64,000 nt of DNA, taken from positions 30,566,001-30,630,000 of the forward strand of contig CM069160.1 in the NCBI GenBank assembly GCA_035221665.1, written 5' to 3'. This DNA comes from Okamejei kenojei. Taxonomy: Eukaryota. The notes under the pieces are model-generated. The model was not told the origin of the DNA, ran no database searches, and saw nothing but the letters and a program-made list of their open reading frames with translations. Positions 12,201 to 25,521 of this stretch are shown piece after piece (the stretch's first letter is position 1; the number at the start of each line of letters is the position of its first letter). The position numbers and the translations under genes were made by a program.

Positions 12201-15200
12201 CAAATCATTAATATATATTGGTAAATAGCTGGGGTACCAGCACTGAGCCTTGCGGTACCCCATTAGTCACTGCCTGCCATTCTGAAAAGGACCCATTTAC
12301 TCCTACACTTTGCTTCCTGTCTGTCCAGCCAGTTCTCTATCCACATCAAATTGAGGCAGTGCAACGTAGGATCACGAGATTGATTCCCTGGGATGGCGGG
12401 ACTGTTCTACGAGGAAAGATTGAAAAGACAAGGCTTGTATGCACTAGAGTTTAAGAAGGATGAGGGGTGATCTTATAGAAACATATGCAATTATAAAAGG
12501 ACTGGACAAGCTAGATGCAGGAAATATGTTCCCAATTAAACCAGCATCTGTAGTTCCTTCCTACTCTTTCCTTTGAATGGACAGCACACAAACTATTTAG
12601 CTTTTCATTGCAGCTCGGTATTCATAACAATAAGACTTGTTAGGACTCTAGGGTGCCAGCTATAGGTGAGGTTGAGTAGGCTGGGTCTCTATTCCATGGA
12701 ACATAGGAGTATGAGGGGAGATCTCACAGAGGTGTACAAAATCATGAGAGGAATAGATCTGCTAGATGCACAGTCTTTTACCCAATCTTTAAGAAAGAAC
12801 TGCCGATAGCTGGAAAAATCGAAGGTAGACAAAAATGCTGGAGAAACTCAGCAGGTGAGGCAGCATCTATGGAGCGAAGGAATAGGTGACGTTTCGGGTC
12901 GAGACCCTTCTTCAGACTCTTCTTCTAAGTGTGTCTTCCTTCGAGTCTCTTACCCAGAGTAGGGGAATCGAGGACCAGAGGGCATAGGTTCAAGGTGAAG
13001 GGGAAACGATAGAATAGGAATCTGAGGGGTAACTTTTTCACACAGAGGGTGGTGGGTGTATGGAACAAGTTGCCGGAGGAGGTAGTTGAGGCTGGGACTA
13101 TCCAATCGTTTAAGAAACAGTTGGACAGGTTTGGAGGGATATGGACCAAGCGCAGGCAGGTGGGACTAATGTTGCTGGGACATTGTTGGCTGGTGTGGGC
13201 AAGTTGGGACGAAGGGCCTGTTGCCACACAGTTATCACTCCGTGACTCAACGAACAATAAGCGAAACTAAAATCGTCCAATTCCTCGTCCAATTTGGAAA
13301 AGGGTTTGTCTTTGCAGGAGTGAGTGGCTGCTGTTCCGATTTTTAACTCGGGCACGGAGGAGCGGGCCCGGGGAGGTGGGGACGACTCAACAGGTGAGTG
13401 AGACCCCTGGACATCTCTCAGCCGCTGGGACAAAGCGATCGCTCCACCTTCTTTGCAACTTAGCGGAGACTCGCTAGAAGGTGGAAGGGGACACCCCGCT
13501 GTCCCCCCCCCCCCCCCCCCCCCCCCCGGGATGAGGCTGGGACCGAGACCAGGGTTGGTTTCCCGGGGCCGGAGTGGCCAGTTTGCCCGCTCGGGAGAGC
13601 GTGGGGGCCGGTGCGGGTCAGGGAAGGTCTAGGCGGCGGCCGGGAGAGTTGGTCCGTTCACTGGGATCGTTATACAGCGTGTAAACAGGCCCTTCGGCCC
13701 AACGTGCCCCATCTACACTAGTCCCACCTGCCTGCGCTTGGTCCACATCTCTCCAAACATGTCCTATCCATCTACCTGTATTTCAACGTTGGGATAGTCC
13801 CAGCCTCAACTACCTCCTCCAGCAGCTTGTTCCACACACCCAACACCATCTGTGTGGAAAAGACATGTTCGTTCACAGCGCTCTCGGCCGGGAATGTAGC
13901 TGCGAGTCCGACCATGCAAAGAAAATATTAAATCCCCTTCTCATTCTCACAGACCGGCACAAACTGTTGTAGTAACTCTCAGCGGGACAGGCAGGCAGCA
14001 TCTTTGGAGAGAAGGAGTGGGGGTCGTTTCTAGTCGAGACACTTCTTCAGACTCTGCATTTTCAAGATCCATCAGTCTGAAGAAATGCCTCGACCCGAAA
14101 TGTCACCCATTCCTTCTCTCCAGGGACGCTGCCTGGAGAGAAGGAATTCAGCCCCTGGGGCCAACACCGCCATTCAATATGACTTTGGCTGCTGGCTGCA
14201 TGGCTGCTTTTTCCCCATATTTAGAAGGTTGGGAGGGGATCTTATTGAAACATATAAGATTGTTAAGGGTCTGAAGAAGGGTCTGGACCCGAAACGTCAC
14301 CTGTTCCTTCGCTCCATAGATGCTGCCTCACCCGCTGAGTTTCTCCAGCATTTTTATCTTCTTTCAATTTTTCCAGCATCTGCAGCTCTTAAACTTTAAG
14401 GGTTTGGACACGCTAGAGGCAGGACACATGTTCCCGATTGTTGGGCGAGTCCCGAATCATGGGCCACAGTTTAAGAATAAGGGGTAAGACATTTAGAACG
14501 GAGATGAGGAAACACTTTTTCGCACAGAGAGTTGTGAGTCAGTGGAATTATTTGCCTCAGAGGGCGGTGGAGGCAGGTTCTCTGGATACTTTCAAGAGAG
14601 AGCTAGATCGGGCTCTTAAAGATAGAAGAATAGAAACATAGAAAATACGTGCAGGAGTAAGCCATTCGGCCCTTCGAGACTGCACCACCATTCAATATGA
14701 TCATGGCTGATCGTTCAACTCCGTATCCTGTACCTGTCTTTGCTCCATACCCCCGATCCCTTTAGCCACAAGGGCCACATCGAACTCCCTCTTCAATATA
14801 GCCAATGAACTGGCCTCAACTACCTTCTCTGTCAGAGAATTCCAGAGACTCACCACTCTCTGTGTGAAATGTTTTTCTCTCATCTCGGTCCTAAAAAGAC
14901 TTCCCCTTATCCTTAAACTGTGAGCCCTTGTTCTGGAGTTCCTCAACATCGGGAACAATCTTCCTGCATCTAGCCTGTCCAACCCCTTAAGAATTTTGTA
15001 AGTTTCTATAAGATCCCCCCTCAATCTTCTAAAGTCTAGTGGCTACAAGCCGAGTCTATCCAGTCTTTCCTCATATGAAAGTCCTGACATCCCAGGAATC
15101 AGTCTGGTGAACCTTCTCTGTACCCCCTCAATGGCAAGAATGTATTTCCTCAGATTTGGAGACCAAAACTGTACGCAATACTCCACGTGTGGTCTCACCA

Positions 15201-16640
15201 AAACCCTGTACAACTGCAGTAGAAACTCCCTGCTCCTATACTTAAAACCTTTTGCTATGAATGCCAACATACCATTCGCTTTCTTCACGGCCTGCTGCAC
15301 CTGCATGCCTACTTTCAATGACCACTACCATAACACCCAGGTCTCGTTACATCTCCCCTTTTCCTAATTGGCCACCATTCAGATAACAGCCTACCTTCCT
15401 AGTTTTGCCACCGAAGTGGATAACCTCACATTTATCCACATTATACTGCATCTGCCATGCATTTGCCCACTCGCCCAGCCTATCCAAGTCACCTTGCAGC
15501 CTCCTAGCATCCTCCTCACACCTAAACACTGCCCCCAGCATCATGTCACCTGCAAACCTGGAGATGTTGCATTCAATTCCCTCGTCCAAATCATTAATAT
15601 ATATTGTAAATAGCTGGGGTACCAGCACTGAGCCTTGCGGTACCCCATTAGTCACTGCCTGCCATTCTGAAAAGGACCCATTTACTCCTACACTTTGCTT
15701 CCTGTCTGCCAGCCAGTTCTCTATCCACATCAAATTGAGGCAGTGCAACGTAGGATCACGAGATTGATCCCTGGGATGGCGGGACTGTTCTACGAGGAAA
15801 GATTGAAAAGACAAGGCTTGTATGCACTAGAGTTTAGAAGGATGAGGGGTGATCTTATAGAAACATATGCAATTATAAAAGGACTGGACAAGCTAGATGC
15901 AGGAAATATGTTCCCAATTAAACCAGCATCTGTAGTTCCTTCCTACTCTTTCCTTTGAATGGACAGCACACAAACTATTTAGCTTTTCATTGCAGCTCGG
16001 TATTCATAACAATAAGACTTGTTAGGACTCTAGGGTGCCAGCTATAGGGTGAGGTTGAGTAGGCTGGGTCTCTATTCCATGGAACATAGGAGTATGAGGG
16101 GAGATCTCACAGAGGTGTACAAAATCATGAGAGGAATAGATCTGCTAGATGCACAGTCTTTTACCCAATCTTTAAGAAAGAACTGCCGATGCTGGAAAAA
16201 TCGAAGGTAGACAAAAATGCTGGAGAAACTCAGCAGGTGAGGCAGCATCTATGGAGCGAAGGAATAGGTGACGTTTCGGGTCGAGACCCTTCTTCAGACT
16301 CTTCTTCTAAGTGTGTCTTCCTTCGAGTCTCTTACCCAGAGTAGGGGAATCGAGGACCAGAGGGCATAGGTTCAAGGTGAAGGGGAAACGATAGAATAGG
16401 AATCTGAGGGGTAACTTTTTCACACAGAGGGTGGTGGGTGTATGGAACAAGTTGCCGGAGGAGGTAGTTGAGGCTGGGACTATCCAATCGTTTAAGAAAC
16501 AGTTGGACAGGTTTGGAGGGATATGGACCAAGCGCAGGCAGGTGGGACTAATGTTGCTGGGACATTGTTGGCTGGTGTGGGCAAGTTGGGACGAAGGGCC
16601 TGTTGCCACACAGTTATCACTCCGTGACTCAACGAACAAT

Positions 16641-16775
16641 AAGCGAAACTAAAATCGTCCAATTCCTCGTCCAATTTGGAAAAGGGTTTGTCTTTGCAGG
16701 AGTGAGTGGCTGCTGTTCCGATTTTTAACTCGGGCACGGAGGAGCGGGCCCGGGGAGGTGGGGACGACTCAACAG
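16641..16775 (+). promoter_or_regulatory. Putative promoter and non-coding 5'UTR exon of gene 1 (copy 4; the other copies' donors are at 6094, 10004 and 13393)
   Basis: Non-repeat island with IRF-element-like AAGCGAAACT, two CCAAT motifs and a GC-rich, ATG-free segment ending in the strong donor CAG|gtgagt. Confidence 0.5.
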
Positions 16776-18709
16776 GTGAGTGAGACCCCTGGACATCTCT
16801 CAGCCGCTGGGACAAAGCGATCGCTCACCTTCTTTGCAACTTAGCGGAGACTCGCTAGAAGGTGGAAGGGGGACACCCCGCTGTCCCCCCCCCCCCCCCC
16901 CCCCCCCGGGATGAGGCTGGGACCGAGACCAGGGTTGGTTTCCCGGGGCCGGAGTGGCCAGTTTGCCGCTCGGGAGAGCGTGGGGGCCGTGCGGGTCAGG
17001 GAAGGTCTAGGCGGCGGCCGGGAGAGTTGGTCCGTTCACTGGGATCGTTATACAGCGTGTAAACAGGCCCTTCGGCCCAACGTGCCCCATCTACACTAGT
17101 CCCACCTGCCTGCGCTTGGTCCACATCTCTCCAAACATGTCCTATCCATCTACCTGTATTTCAACGTTGGGATAGTCCCAGCCTCAACTACCTCCTCCGG
17201 CAGCTTGTTCCACACACCCAACACTGTGTGGAAAAGACATGTTCGTTCACAGCGCTCTCGGCCGGGAATGTAGCTGCGAGTCCGACCATGCAAAGAAAAT
17301 ATTAAATCCCCTTCTCATTCTCACAGACCGGCACAAACTGTTGTAGTAACTCTCAGCGGGACAGGCAGGCAGCATCTTTGGAGAGAAAGAGTGGGGGTCG
17401 TTTCTAGTCGAGACACTTCTTCAGACTCTGCATTTTCAAGATCCATCAGTCTGAAGAAATGCCTCGACCCGAAATGTCACCCATTCCTTCTCTCCAGGGA
17501 CGCTGCCTGTCCCGCTGTGTTACTCCAGCATTTTGTGTCTATCTTCGGTGTAAACCAGCATCTGCAGTTCCTTCCTACAATTAACTCAGTGTTTGGAGAG
17601 AGTTGAGAGATACAGTGTGGAAACAGGCCCTTCGGCCCATCGAGTCCACGGAGACCACTGATCACCATTCACACTAGTATTATGGTATCCCACTTACTTA
17701 TCCTCCACCTATACATAGAAACATAGAAAATAGGAGTAGGCCATTCGGCCCTTCGAGCCAGCACCAATATGATCATGGCTGATTATCCAAAATCGGTAGC
17801 CCATTCCTGCCTTCTCCCCATATCCCTTGATTCCTTTAGGCGCTGAGAGCTAAATCTAATTTTCTCTAAAAAACATCCAGTGAATTGGACTCCACTGGCC
17901 AGATTCACTGATCGATCCAATGACTTTATCCAGAGGCTGGCAGGAGAACAGGACTCGGTTGTGCTGGACAATCTCCGTGCATTTAAGAGAAATCTAGAAA
18001 AAGCCCAAGGGCGAGAGAGCAGGAGGAAGGTTTTGACTGGGGTGGGATGAATTAAATCAGGCGAGCAGAGACTTGTAGCAGACACACTGTCTGTGTGGTT
18101 GGAGCCTGAGGCGTATCTCTACGAATATTGTTTTGTCAAAACAAGAAACTGCAGATGCTGTTTAACACACAAAAAAAACACAGAGTGTTGGAGTAAAATA
18201 GAAACATAGAAAATAGGAGTAGGCCATTCAGCCCCTGGGGCCAGCACCGCCATTCAATATGATTTTGGCTGCTGGCTGCATGGCTGCTTTTTCCCCATAT
18301 TTAGAAGGTTGGGAGGGGATCTTATTGAAACATATAAGATTGTTAAGGGTCTGAAGAAGGGTCTCGACCCGAAACGTCACCTGTTCCTTCGCTCCATAGA
18401 TGCTGCCTCACCCGCTGAGTTTCTCCAGCATTTTTGTCTTCTTTCAATTTTTCCAGCATCTGCAGCTCTTAAACTTTAAGGGTTTGGACACGCTAGAGGC
18501 AGGAAACATGTTCCCGATTGTTGGGGGAGTCCCGAACCAGGGGCCACAGTTTAAGAATAAGGGGTAAGACATTTAGAACGGAGATGAGGAAACACTTTTT
18601 CGCACAGAGAGTTGTGAGTCAGTGGAATTCTTTGCCTCAGAGGGCGGTGGAGGCACGTTCTCTGGATACTTTCAAGAGAGATCTAGATCGGGCTCTTAAA
18701 GATAGAAGA

Positions 18710-20885
18710 ATAGAAACATAGAAAATACGTGCAGGAGTAAGCCATTCGGCCCTTCGAGCCTGCACCGCCATTCAATATGATCATGGCTGATCATTCAACT
18801 ACGTATCCTGTACCTGTCTTTTCTCCATACCCCCTGATCCCTTTAGCCACAAGGGCCACATCTAACTCTCTCTTAAATATAGCCAATGAACTGGCCTCAA
18901 CTACCTTCTATGTCAGAGAATTCCAGAGACTCACCACTCTCTGTGTGAAAAATGTTTTTCTCATCTCGGTCCTAAAAGACTTCCCCCTTATCCTTAAACT
19001 GTGACCCCTTGTTCTGGAGTTCCCCAACATCGGGAACAATCTTCCTGCATCGAGCCTGTCCAACCCCTTAAGAATTTTGTAAGTTTCTATAAGATCCCCC
19101 CTCAATCTTCTAAAGTCTAGTGGCTACAAACCGAGTCTATCCAGTCTTTCCTCATATGAAAGTCCTGCCATCCCAGGAATCAGTCTGGTGAACCTTCTCT
19201 GTACCCCTTCAATGGCAAGAATGTCTTTCCTCAGATTAGGAGACCAAAACTGTACGCAATACTCCGGGTGTGGTCTCACAAAAACCCTGTACAACTGCAG
19301 TAGAACCTCCCTGCTCTTATACTTAAAACCTTTTGCTATGAATGCCAACATACCATTTGCTTTCTTCACGGACTGCTGCACCTGCATGCCTACTTTCAAT
19401 GACTGGTGTACCATAACACCCAGGTCTCGTTACATCTCCCCTTTTCCTAATTGGCCACCATTCAGATAACAGTCTACTTTCCTGTTTTTGCCACCGAAGT
19501 GGATAACCTCACATTTATCCACATTATACTGCATCTGCCATGCATTTGCCCACTCGCCCAGCCTATCCAAGTCACCTTGCAGCCTCCTAGCATCCTCCTC
19601 ACAGCTAACGCTGCCCCCCAGCATCATGTCACCTGCAAACTTGGAGATGTTGCATTCAATTCCCTCGTCCAAATCATTAATATATATTGTAAATAGCTGG
19701 GGTACCAGCACTGAGCCTTGCGGTACCCCATTAGTCACTGCCTGCCATTCTGAAAAGGACCCGTTTACTCCTATACTTTGCTTCCTGTCTGCCAGCCAGT
19801 TCTCTATCCACATCAATACTGAACCCCCAATACCGTGTGCTTTAAGTTTGCATACTAATCTCTTATGTGGGACCTTGTCAAAAGCCTTCTGAAATAGATA
19901 TAACACATCCACTGGTTCTCCCTTATCCACTCTACTAGTTACATCCTCGAAAAATTCTATAAGATTCGTCAGACATGATTTACCTTTCGTAAATCCATGC
20001 TGACTTTGTCCAATGATTTCACCACTTTCCAAATGTGCTGCTATTTCATCGTTAATAACTGACTCTAGCATTTCCCCCACTACCGATGTTAGACTAACTT
20101 GTCTGTAATTCCCCATTTTCTCTCTCCCTCCTTTTTTTAAAAGTGGGGTTACATTAGCTACCCTCCAATCCTCAGCAACTACTCCAGAATCTAAAGAGTT
20201 TTGAAAATGATCACTGATGCCATCCACTATATCTGTGGCTACTTCCTTGAGTACTCTGGGATGCAGACTATCTGGCCCTGGGGATTTATCTGCCTTTAAT
20301 CCATTCAATTTACCCAACACCACTTCCCGGCTAACCTGGATTTCACTCAGTTCCTCCATCTCATTTGACCCCGGTCCCCTGCTATTTCCGGCAGATTATT
20401 TATGTCTTCCTTAGTGAAGACAGAACCAAAGTAGTTATTCAATTGGTCTGCAATGTCCTTGTTTCCCATGATCAACTCACCTGTTTCTGACTGCAAGGGA
20501 CCTACATTTGTTTCAACTAATCTTTTTCTCTTCACATATCTATAAAAACTTTTGCAGTCAGTTTTTATGTTCCCTGCCAGTTTTCTTTCATAATCTATTT
20601 TCCCTTTCCTAATTAAGCCCATTGTCCTCCTCTGCTGGACTCTGAATGTCTCCCAGTCCTCTGGTAGGTTGCTTTTTCTGGCTAATTTGTATGCTTCATC
20701 TTTTGTTTTGATACTATCCCTCATTTCCCTTGTTATCCAGAATGCACTACCTTCCCTGATTTGTTCTTTTGCCAAACTGGGATGAACAATTGTTGTAGTT
20801 CATCCATGCCTTCCATTGCACATCCACTGTCAACCCTGTAAGAATCAATTGCCAGTCTATCTTGGCCAATTCACGTCTCATACCT
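18710..20885 (-). mobile_element. CR1 LINE, about 2.2 kb 3' portion of ORF2 plus 3'UTR
   Basis: KSPGPD..HPRVLKE, QHGFTKGKSCLTNL, KAFDKVPH, GVPQGSVL, FAGD, RGDLIETYKI. Shorter duplicates at about 6810-7923, 11240-12349 and 14630-15733. Confidence 0.95.
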
Positions 20886-21294
20886 TTACTTTCCAGCGGA
20901 GTCGGGGATATGGGTCGAAGGCAGGAACAGGGATGATCAGCCATGATCACATTGAATGACGGTGCCGGCTCAATGGACCGAGTGGCCTCCTCCTGCACCT
21001 ATTGACTATTGTCTATATCCCTTGATTCCTTTAGCCCTGAGAACTAAATCACTAGGGACAATTTACCGAGGGCCACTTAACCGACAAATCCGTATGTTTT
21101 GGGGATGTGGGAGGAAACCGGAGCACCTGGTGGAAATCCACGTGGTCCCAGGGAGAAACTCTACACACACAGACAGCACCTGACATCAGGATCAAAGCTT
21201 GTCCCTGGTGATGTGAGGTAGTGGATTTACCAGCTGCTCGATTGTGCTGTCGTTAAAAGATGCTCTAAAATATAAATATATATTCTCTTTGCAG

Positions 21295-21385
21295 GTGAAA
21301 CAGTTCAATTATTTCATTCCAGTGATGAAGGGAAGATGCTGCTGTTGTTGTCTTGTGTTTGTACTTGTTCAAGCAGTTATGATGG
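21295..21385 (+). CDS. Butyrophilin/B7-like gene 1, signal-peptide exon (ATG 21325; MKGRCCCCCLVFVLVQAVMM-G)
   Basis: Acceptor ttctctttgcag|, donor G|gtaagc. The 61 coding nt give phase 1, in frame with the IgV exon at 22910. Hydrophobic core present. Confidence 0.8.
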
Positions 21386-22409
21386 GTAAGCAAATAAATT
21401 GTTAATAGTTCTGTTTAGTTTAGTTTGGAGAAACTGTGCGCTGAGTCCGCACAAATCCCCGCACATTAACACTATCCTACACCCACTAGAGACAGTAATC
21501 TACAAACCTGCACAAGCCGAAGATTTCGGAGAAAACCCACGCAGTTTGCACGGAGAACTCGGTACAGACAGCGCCCATAGTCGGGATCGAACCCGGGTCT
21601 CCGGCGCTGCAAAGCAGCAACTGTACCGCTACGCCAACGTGGCCACCCCAGCAGCACGGAGTAGTGCAGTCGCGTAGTAGTGTTGCCGCCTCACAGCGCC
21701 AGAGACCTGGGTTCGATCCTGACCACGGAGGCGGAGTTTGTACGTTCTCCCCAATACTGTGTGGGTTTTCTGCAGGTGCTCCAGGTTTCCTGACACATTC
21801 TAAAGAGGTGCAGGCGCAAACTCGGTATCGACACCACCCGCAGTTAGGATCGAACCCAGATCTCTGGCGCTCCAAGGCAGCAACAGCCCCACTGTGCCAC
21901 CATGCCGCCCAAAATGCAGAAAAGAGGAACTGCAGATGCTGGTTAATATAAAAAAGGACACTGAGTGCTGGGGTAACTTAACATGTCAGGCAGCATCTCT
22001 AGAGAACTCTAAAAATTGAATTTAGTTTGGTTTAATTTTGAACGGAATTCAAAATTGCCCTTTGGCCCACACTCTCACACTATCCTATACACACCAGGGA
22101 CAATTTACAATGTCACCAAGCCAGCTGACCTACAAACCTGTACATCTTTGCCGTGTGGGAGGAATCCGGAGCTCCCGGAGAAAAACAACACGGTTGCGAG
22201 GAGGAGTTACAAACTCCGTACAGGCAGCACCCGTAGTCAGGATCGAACTCTGGGTTTTTGGCACTGTGCGGCAACAAATCTACCGCTGCGCCATTGTGCC
22301 TGCACCTAAGTACTCTGGTTAATACGGAAGATAGACACAAAATGCTGGAGTAACTCAGCGGGACAGGCAGCATCTCTGGAGAGAAGGAATGTGTGACATT
22401 TCAGGTCAA

Positions 22410-22790
22410 TAGACTGTATGTGCATGAGTAGACCATTCGGCCCTTCGAGCCAGCACCGCCATTCAATGTGATCATGGCTGATCATCCCCAATCAGTACCT
22501 GTTCCTGCCTTCTCCCCATATCTCTTAACTCCACTATCTTTAAGAGCCCTATCTAGCTCTCTTTTGAAAGTATCCAGAGAACCGGCCTCCACCGCCCTCT
22601 GAGGCAGAGAATTCCACAGACTCACAACTCTCTGTGAGAAAAAGTGGTTCCTCATCTCCGTTCTAAATGGCTTACCCCTTATTCTCAAACTGTGTGGCCC
22701 TTGGGTCTGGACTCCCTCAACATCGGGAACGTGTTTCCTGCCTCTAACGTGTCCAAACCTTAATAATCTTATATGTTTCAATAAGATAAT
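22410..22790 (-). mobile_element. CR1 LINE 3' fragment
   Basis: QRVVSLWNSLPQRAVEA and 3'UTR hairpin. Confidence 0.85.
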
Positions 22791-22909
22791 GTTTCTTCTG
22801 ACTCCTTGTTCTCCTGAGACGCTGCCTGTTAATACTGTGTTTTGTGTCTATCTTTGGTGTAAGCCAGTTCCTTCCTACACACTTTGTTTAATATGTTGCC
22901 TTTCGCCAG

Positions 22910-23251
22910 GGGAAGCCAATTATATTTCGCCTGAAAGTCCCTTTTACGGCGTAGTGGGTGGCGATGTCATCTTGGGGTGCTGGTTGAGACCAGTTACAGC
23001 CCTGAAGGAATTGGAGGTGCGATGGTTTAAGTCAACAAAGCTGGTACATTTGTACTCTGGCGGTCAGGATCGACTGGATGTGCAGAACAAGGCTTATCGA
23101 GGGAGGACGGATCTCTTTCCCAAAGAGTTTCACCTCGGAAATGCCTCACTTAAACTGAAGTGGATTAAAGCCTCAGACAATGGCATGTACACCTGTTCCA
23201 CCAGGACCAACACCACCTATCTGCAGATGGGGCTGTATCTGGCCGTTGAAG
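22910..23251 (+). CDS. Butyrophilin/B7-like gene 1, IgV exon 1
   Basis: 342-nt phase 1-1 exon (ccag| ... G|gtgagt): GGDVILGC..LEVRWF..VHLYSGGQD..YRGRTDLF..GNASLKL..SDNGMYTC, a typical BTN/B7 V-set pattern. Confidence 0.93.
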
Positions 23252-23344
23252 GTGAGTCCCACCTGTGGGAAACCATTTTGGGCCTCATACCTGAGGAAAG
23301 GTGTGCTGGTGTTGAACAGGGTCCGGGGGGGTTAACGAGAATGA

Positions 23345-23865
23345 TCTCCTAATTTGAGGAAGGACAGTGCAGCGTAGGTTCACGAGATTGATCCCTGGGA
23401 TGGCGGGACTGTCATATGAGGACAGATTGAAAAGACCAGGCTTGCATTCACTGGAGTTTAGAAGGGTGAGGGGGGATCTTATGGAAACTGAAAAAAATAT
23501 AAAAGGACTGGACAAACTAGGTGCGGGAAAAAATTTCCCAATGTTGAGCGAGTCCAGAACCAGGGGCCACAGTCTGAGAATAAAGGGGAGGTCATTTAAG
23601 ACTGAGGTGAGAAAAAACTTTTTCACCCAGAGAGTTGTGAATTTATGGAATTCCCTGCCACAGAGGGCAGCGGAGGCCAAATCACTGGATGGATTTAAGA
23701 GAGAGTTAGATAGAACTCTAGGGGCTAGTGGAATCAAGGGATATGGGGAGGAGGCAGGCACGGGTTATTGGTAGGGGACGATCAGCCATGATCACAATGA
23801 ATGGCGGTGCTGGCTCGAAGGGCCGAATGGTCTCCTCCTGCACCTATTTTCTATGTTTCTATGTT
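23345..23865 (+). mobile_element. CR1 LINE 3' fragment
   Basis: ORF 23367..23774 followed by a tttctatg tail. Confidence 0.9.
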
Positions 23866-23901
23866 TCAATGATTGGGTTAATGTACGATGAGCGTTTGAC
23901 G

Positions 23902-24345
23902 TAGGGTTGCCAACTTTCTCACTCCCAAATAAGGGACGAAAGTTCAAAATACGGGACAAATTCCCGACAGCAATTTGTTGACCGACTCGGCCGTGGCTGG
24001 GTGAATGATGAGTTGGCCCGGGTGTTGGACTGCACACAAAGCCCAGCCGGCGGGCCAGCTGATAGGTTTTGGCCCAGGCCGCAAGCAAAGTCCGGTACCC
24101 CATCCAACTCATGAACTGATGAGAAGGAGGGGCGGTGGGGATGTCGGCTATAAGCGAAGGTTGGACAGTTGGCCGTGCCGGACCGCCACGGGCGAGGCGC
24201 TGCTGCTGCTGCTGCTGCACTCCATGGGCTGCACTACGTCGTGAGAGGTGAGGCGGGACCGGACGCGGCGCTCCAACCCGACAGTCCCTTCGACCCGAGT
24301 AGTAGCAGTCAAATACGGGACAAGGGCAGTCCCTTACGGGAGTCC
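23902..24345. mobile_element. MITE with TAGGGTTGCCAAC terminus (hAT-Blackjack-like); relatives at about 35277-35843, 60595-61421, 62264-62760
   Basis: Shared termini and subterminal GGGAC/GTCCC motifs across four copies. Confidence 0.7.
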
Positions 24346-24624
24346 AGGGGGGATTTACGAGAATGATCCCCGGAATAATTGTGTTAACGTACGATGAGCG
24401 TTTGATGGCACTGGGCTTCCACTTGCTGGAGTTTCAGAAGGATGAGGGGGTACCTCATTGAAACTTGCCGAACTTACGCTAGCGGGCGAGTCTAGAGCCA
24501 GATGCACAGCGTGAGAATGAAAGGACGTACCTTCAGAAAGTAGAAGAGAAGGAATTTATTTTGTCAGAGGGTGGTGAATCTGTGGAATTGATTGCTACAG
24601 ATGGCTGTGGAGGTCAAGAGAGAG

Positions 24625-25360
24625 TCAATAGACAATAGACAATAGATGCACTGAGTAGGCCATTCGGCCCTTTGAGCCAGCACCACCATTGTGATCATGG
24701 CTGATCATCCACAATCAGTACCCCGTTCTTGCCTTCTTCCATATCCCTTAACTCTGCTATCTATAAAAATCTATCTAGCTCTCTCTTGAAAGCATCCAGA
24801 GAACCAGCCTCCACCCCCCTCTGAGGTAGAGAATTCCACAGACTCAAAACTCTTTGTGTGAAAAAGTGTTTCCTCATCTTTATTCTAAATGGCTTAGACC
24901 TTCTTAAACTGTGTGGCCCCTGGTTCTGGACTCCCCCAACATCGGAAACATGTCTCCTACCTCTAGCATGTCCAAACCCTGAATAATCTTATATGTTTCA
25001 ATAAGATCCCCTCTCATCCTTCTAAACGCCAGAGTATACAAGCCCAGCACATTCTCTCAGCACATGACAGCCTGGCCATCCCAGGAATTAACCATGTAAA
25101 CCTACGCTGCACTCCATCAATAGCAATACTGTCCTACCTCAAATTAGGGGACCAAAACTGCACACAATACTTCAGGTGTGGTCTCATTAGGGCCCAGTAC
25201 AACGGCAGAAGGACCTCTTTGCTCTGCTACTCAACTCCTATTGTTAAGAAGGCCAACATGCCATTCGTTTTCTTCACTGCCTGCTGTACCTGAATGCTTA
25301 CTTTCATTGACTGGTGAACAAGGACCCCCAGATCCTATTGTATTTCCCCTTTTCCCAAGT
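24625..25360 (-). mobile_element. CR1 LINE 3' fragment nested in another CR1 remnant (about 24350-24619, resuming at about 30851-31030)
   Basis: (caataga)n tail on the + strand; the host element is interrupted at ggtcaag and resumes after the DIRS. Confidence 0.8.
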
Positions 25361-25521
25361 TTCAAGAGTCAAGAGTGTTTTTTTTGTCATATTTCACAGA
25401 ACAATTAAATTCTCACTTGCTGCAGCACAACAGAGTATGTGAACAATGTCCACTGTGAACAATAGAATACAAATAACAATATGACAGTTCAGTGTGTGTA
25501 TATATACACATACTCACAAAT

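Larger units (their letters stand above)
5223..19815. repeat. Tandem segmental duplication, four units of about 3-4 kb
   Basis: The same ordered sequence recurs; the donor motif is at 6094, 10004, 13393 and 16775 (spacings 3910, 3389, 3382). Confidence 0.95.

Noticed and set aside
21550-21910. tRNA genes
   Set aside because: The A/B-box motifs belong to tRNA-derived SINE heads and I see no complete cloverleaf.
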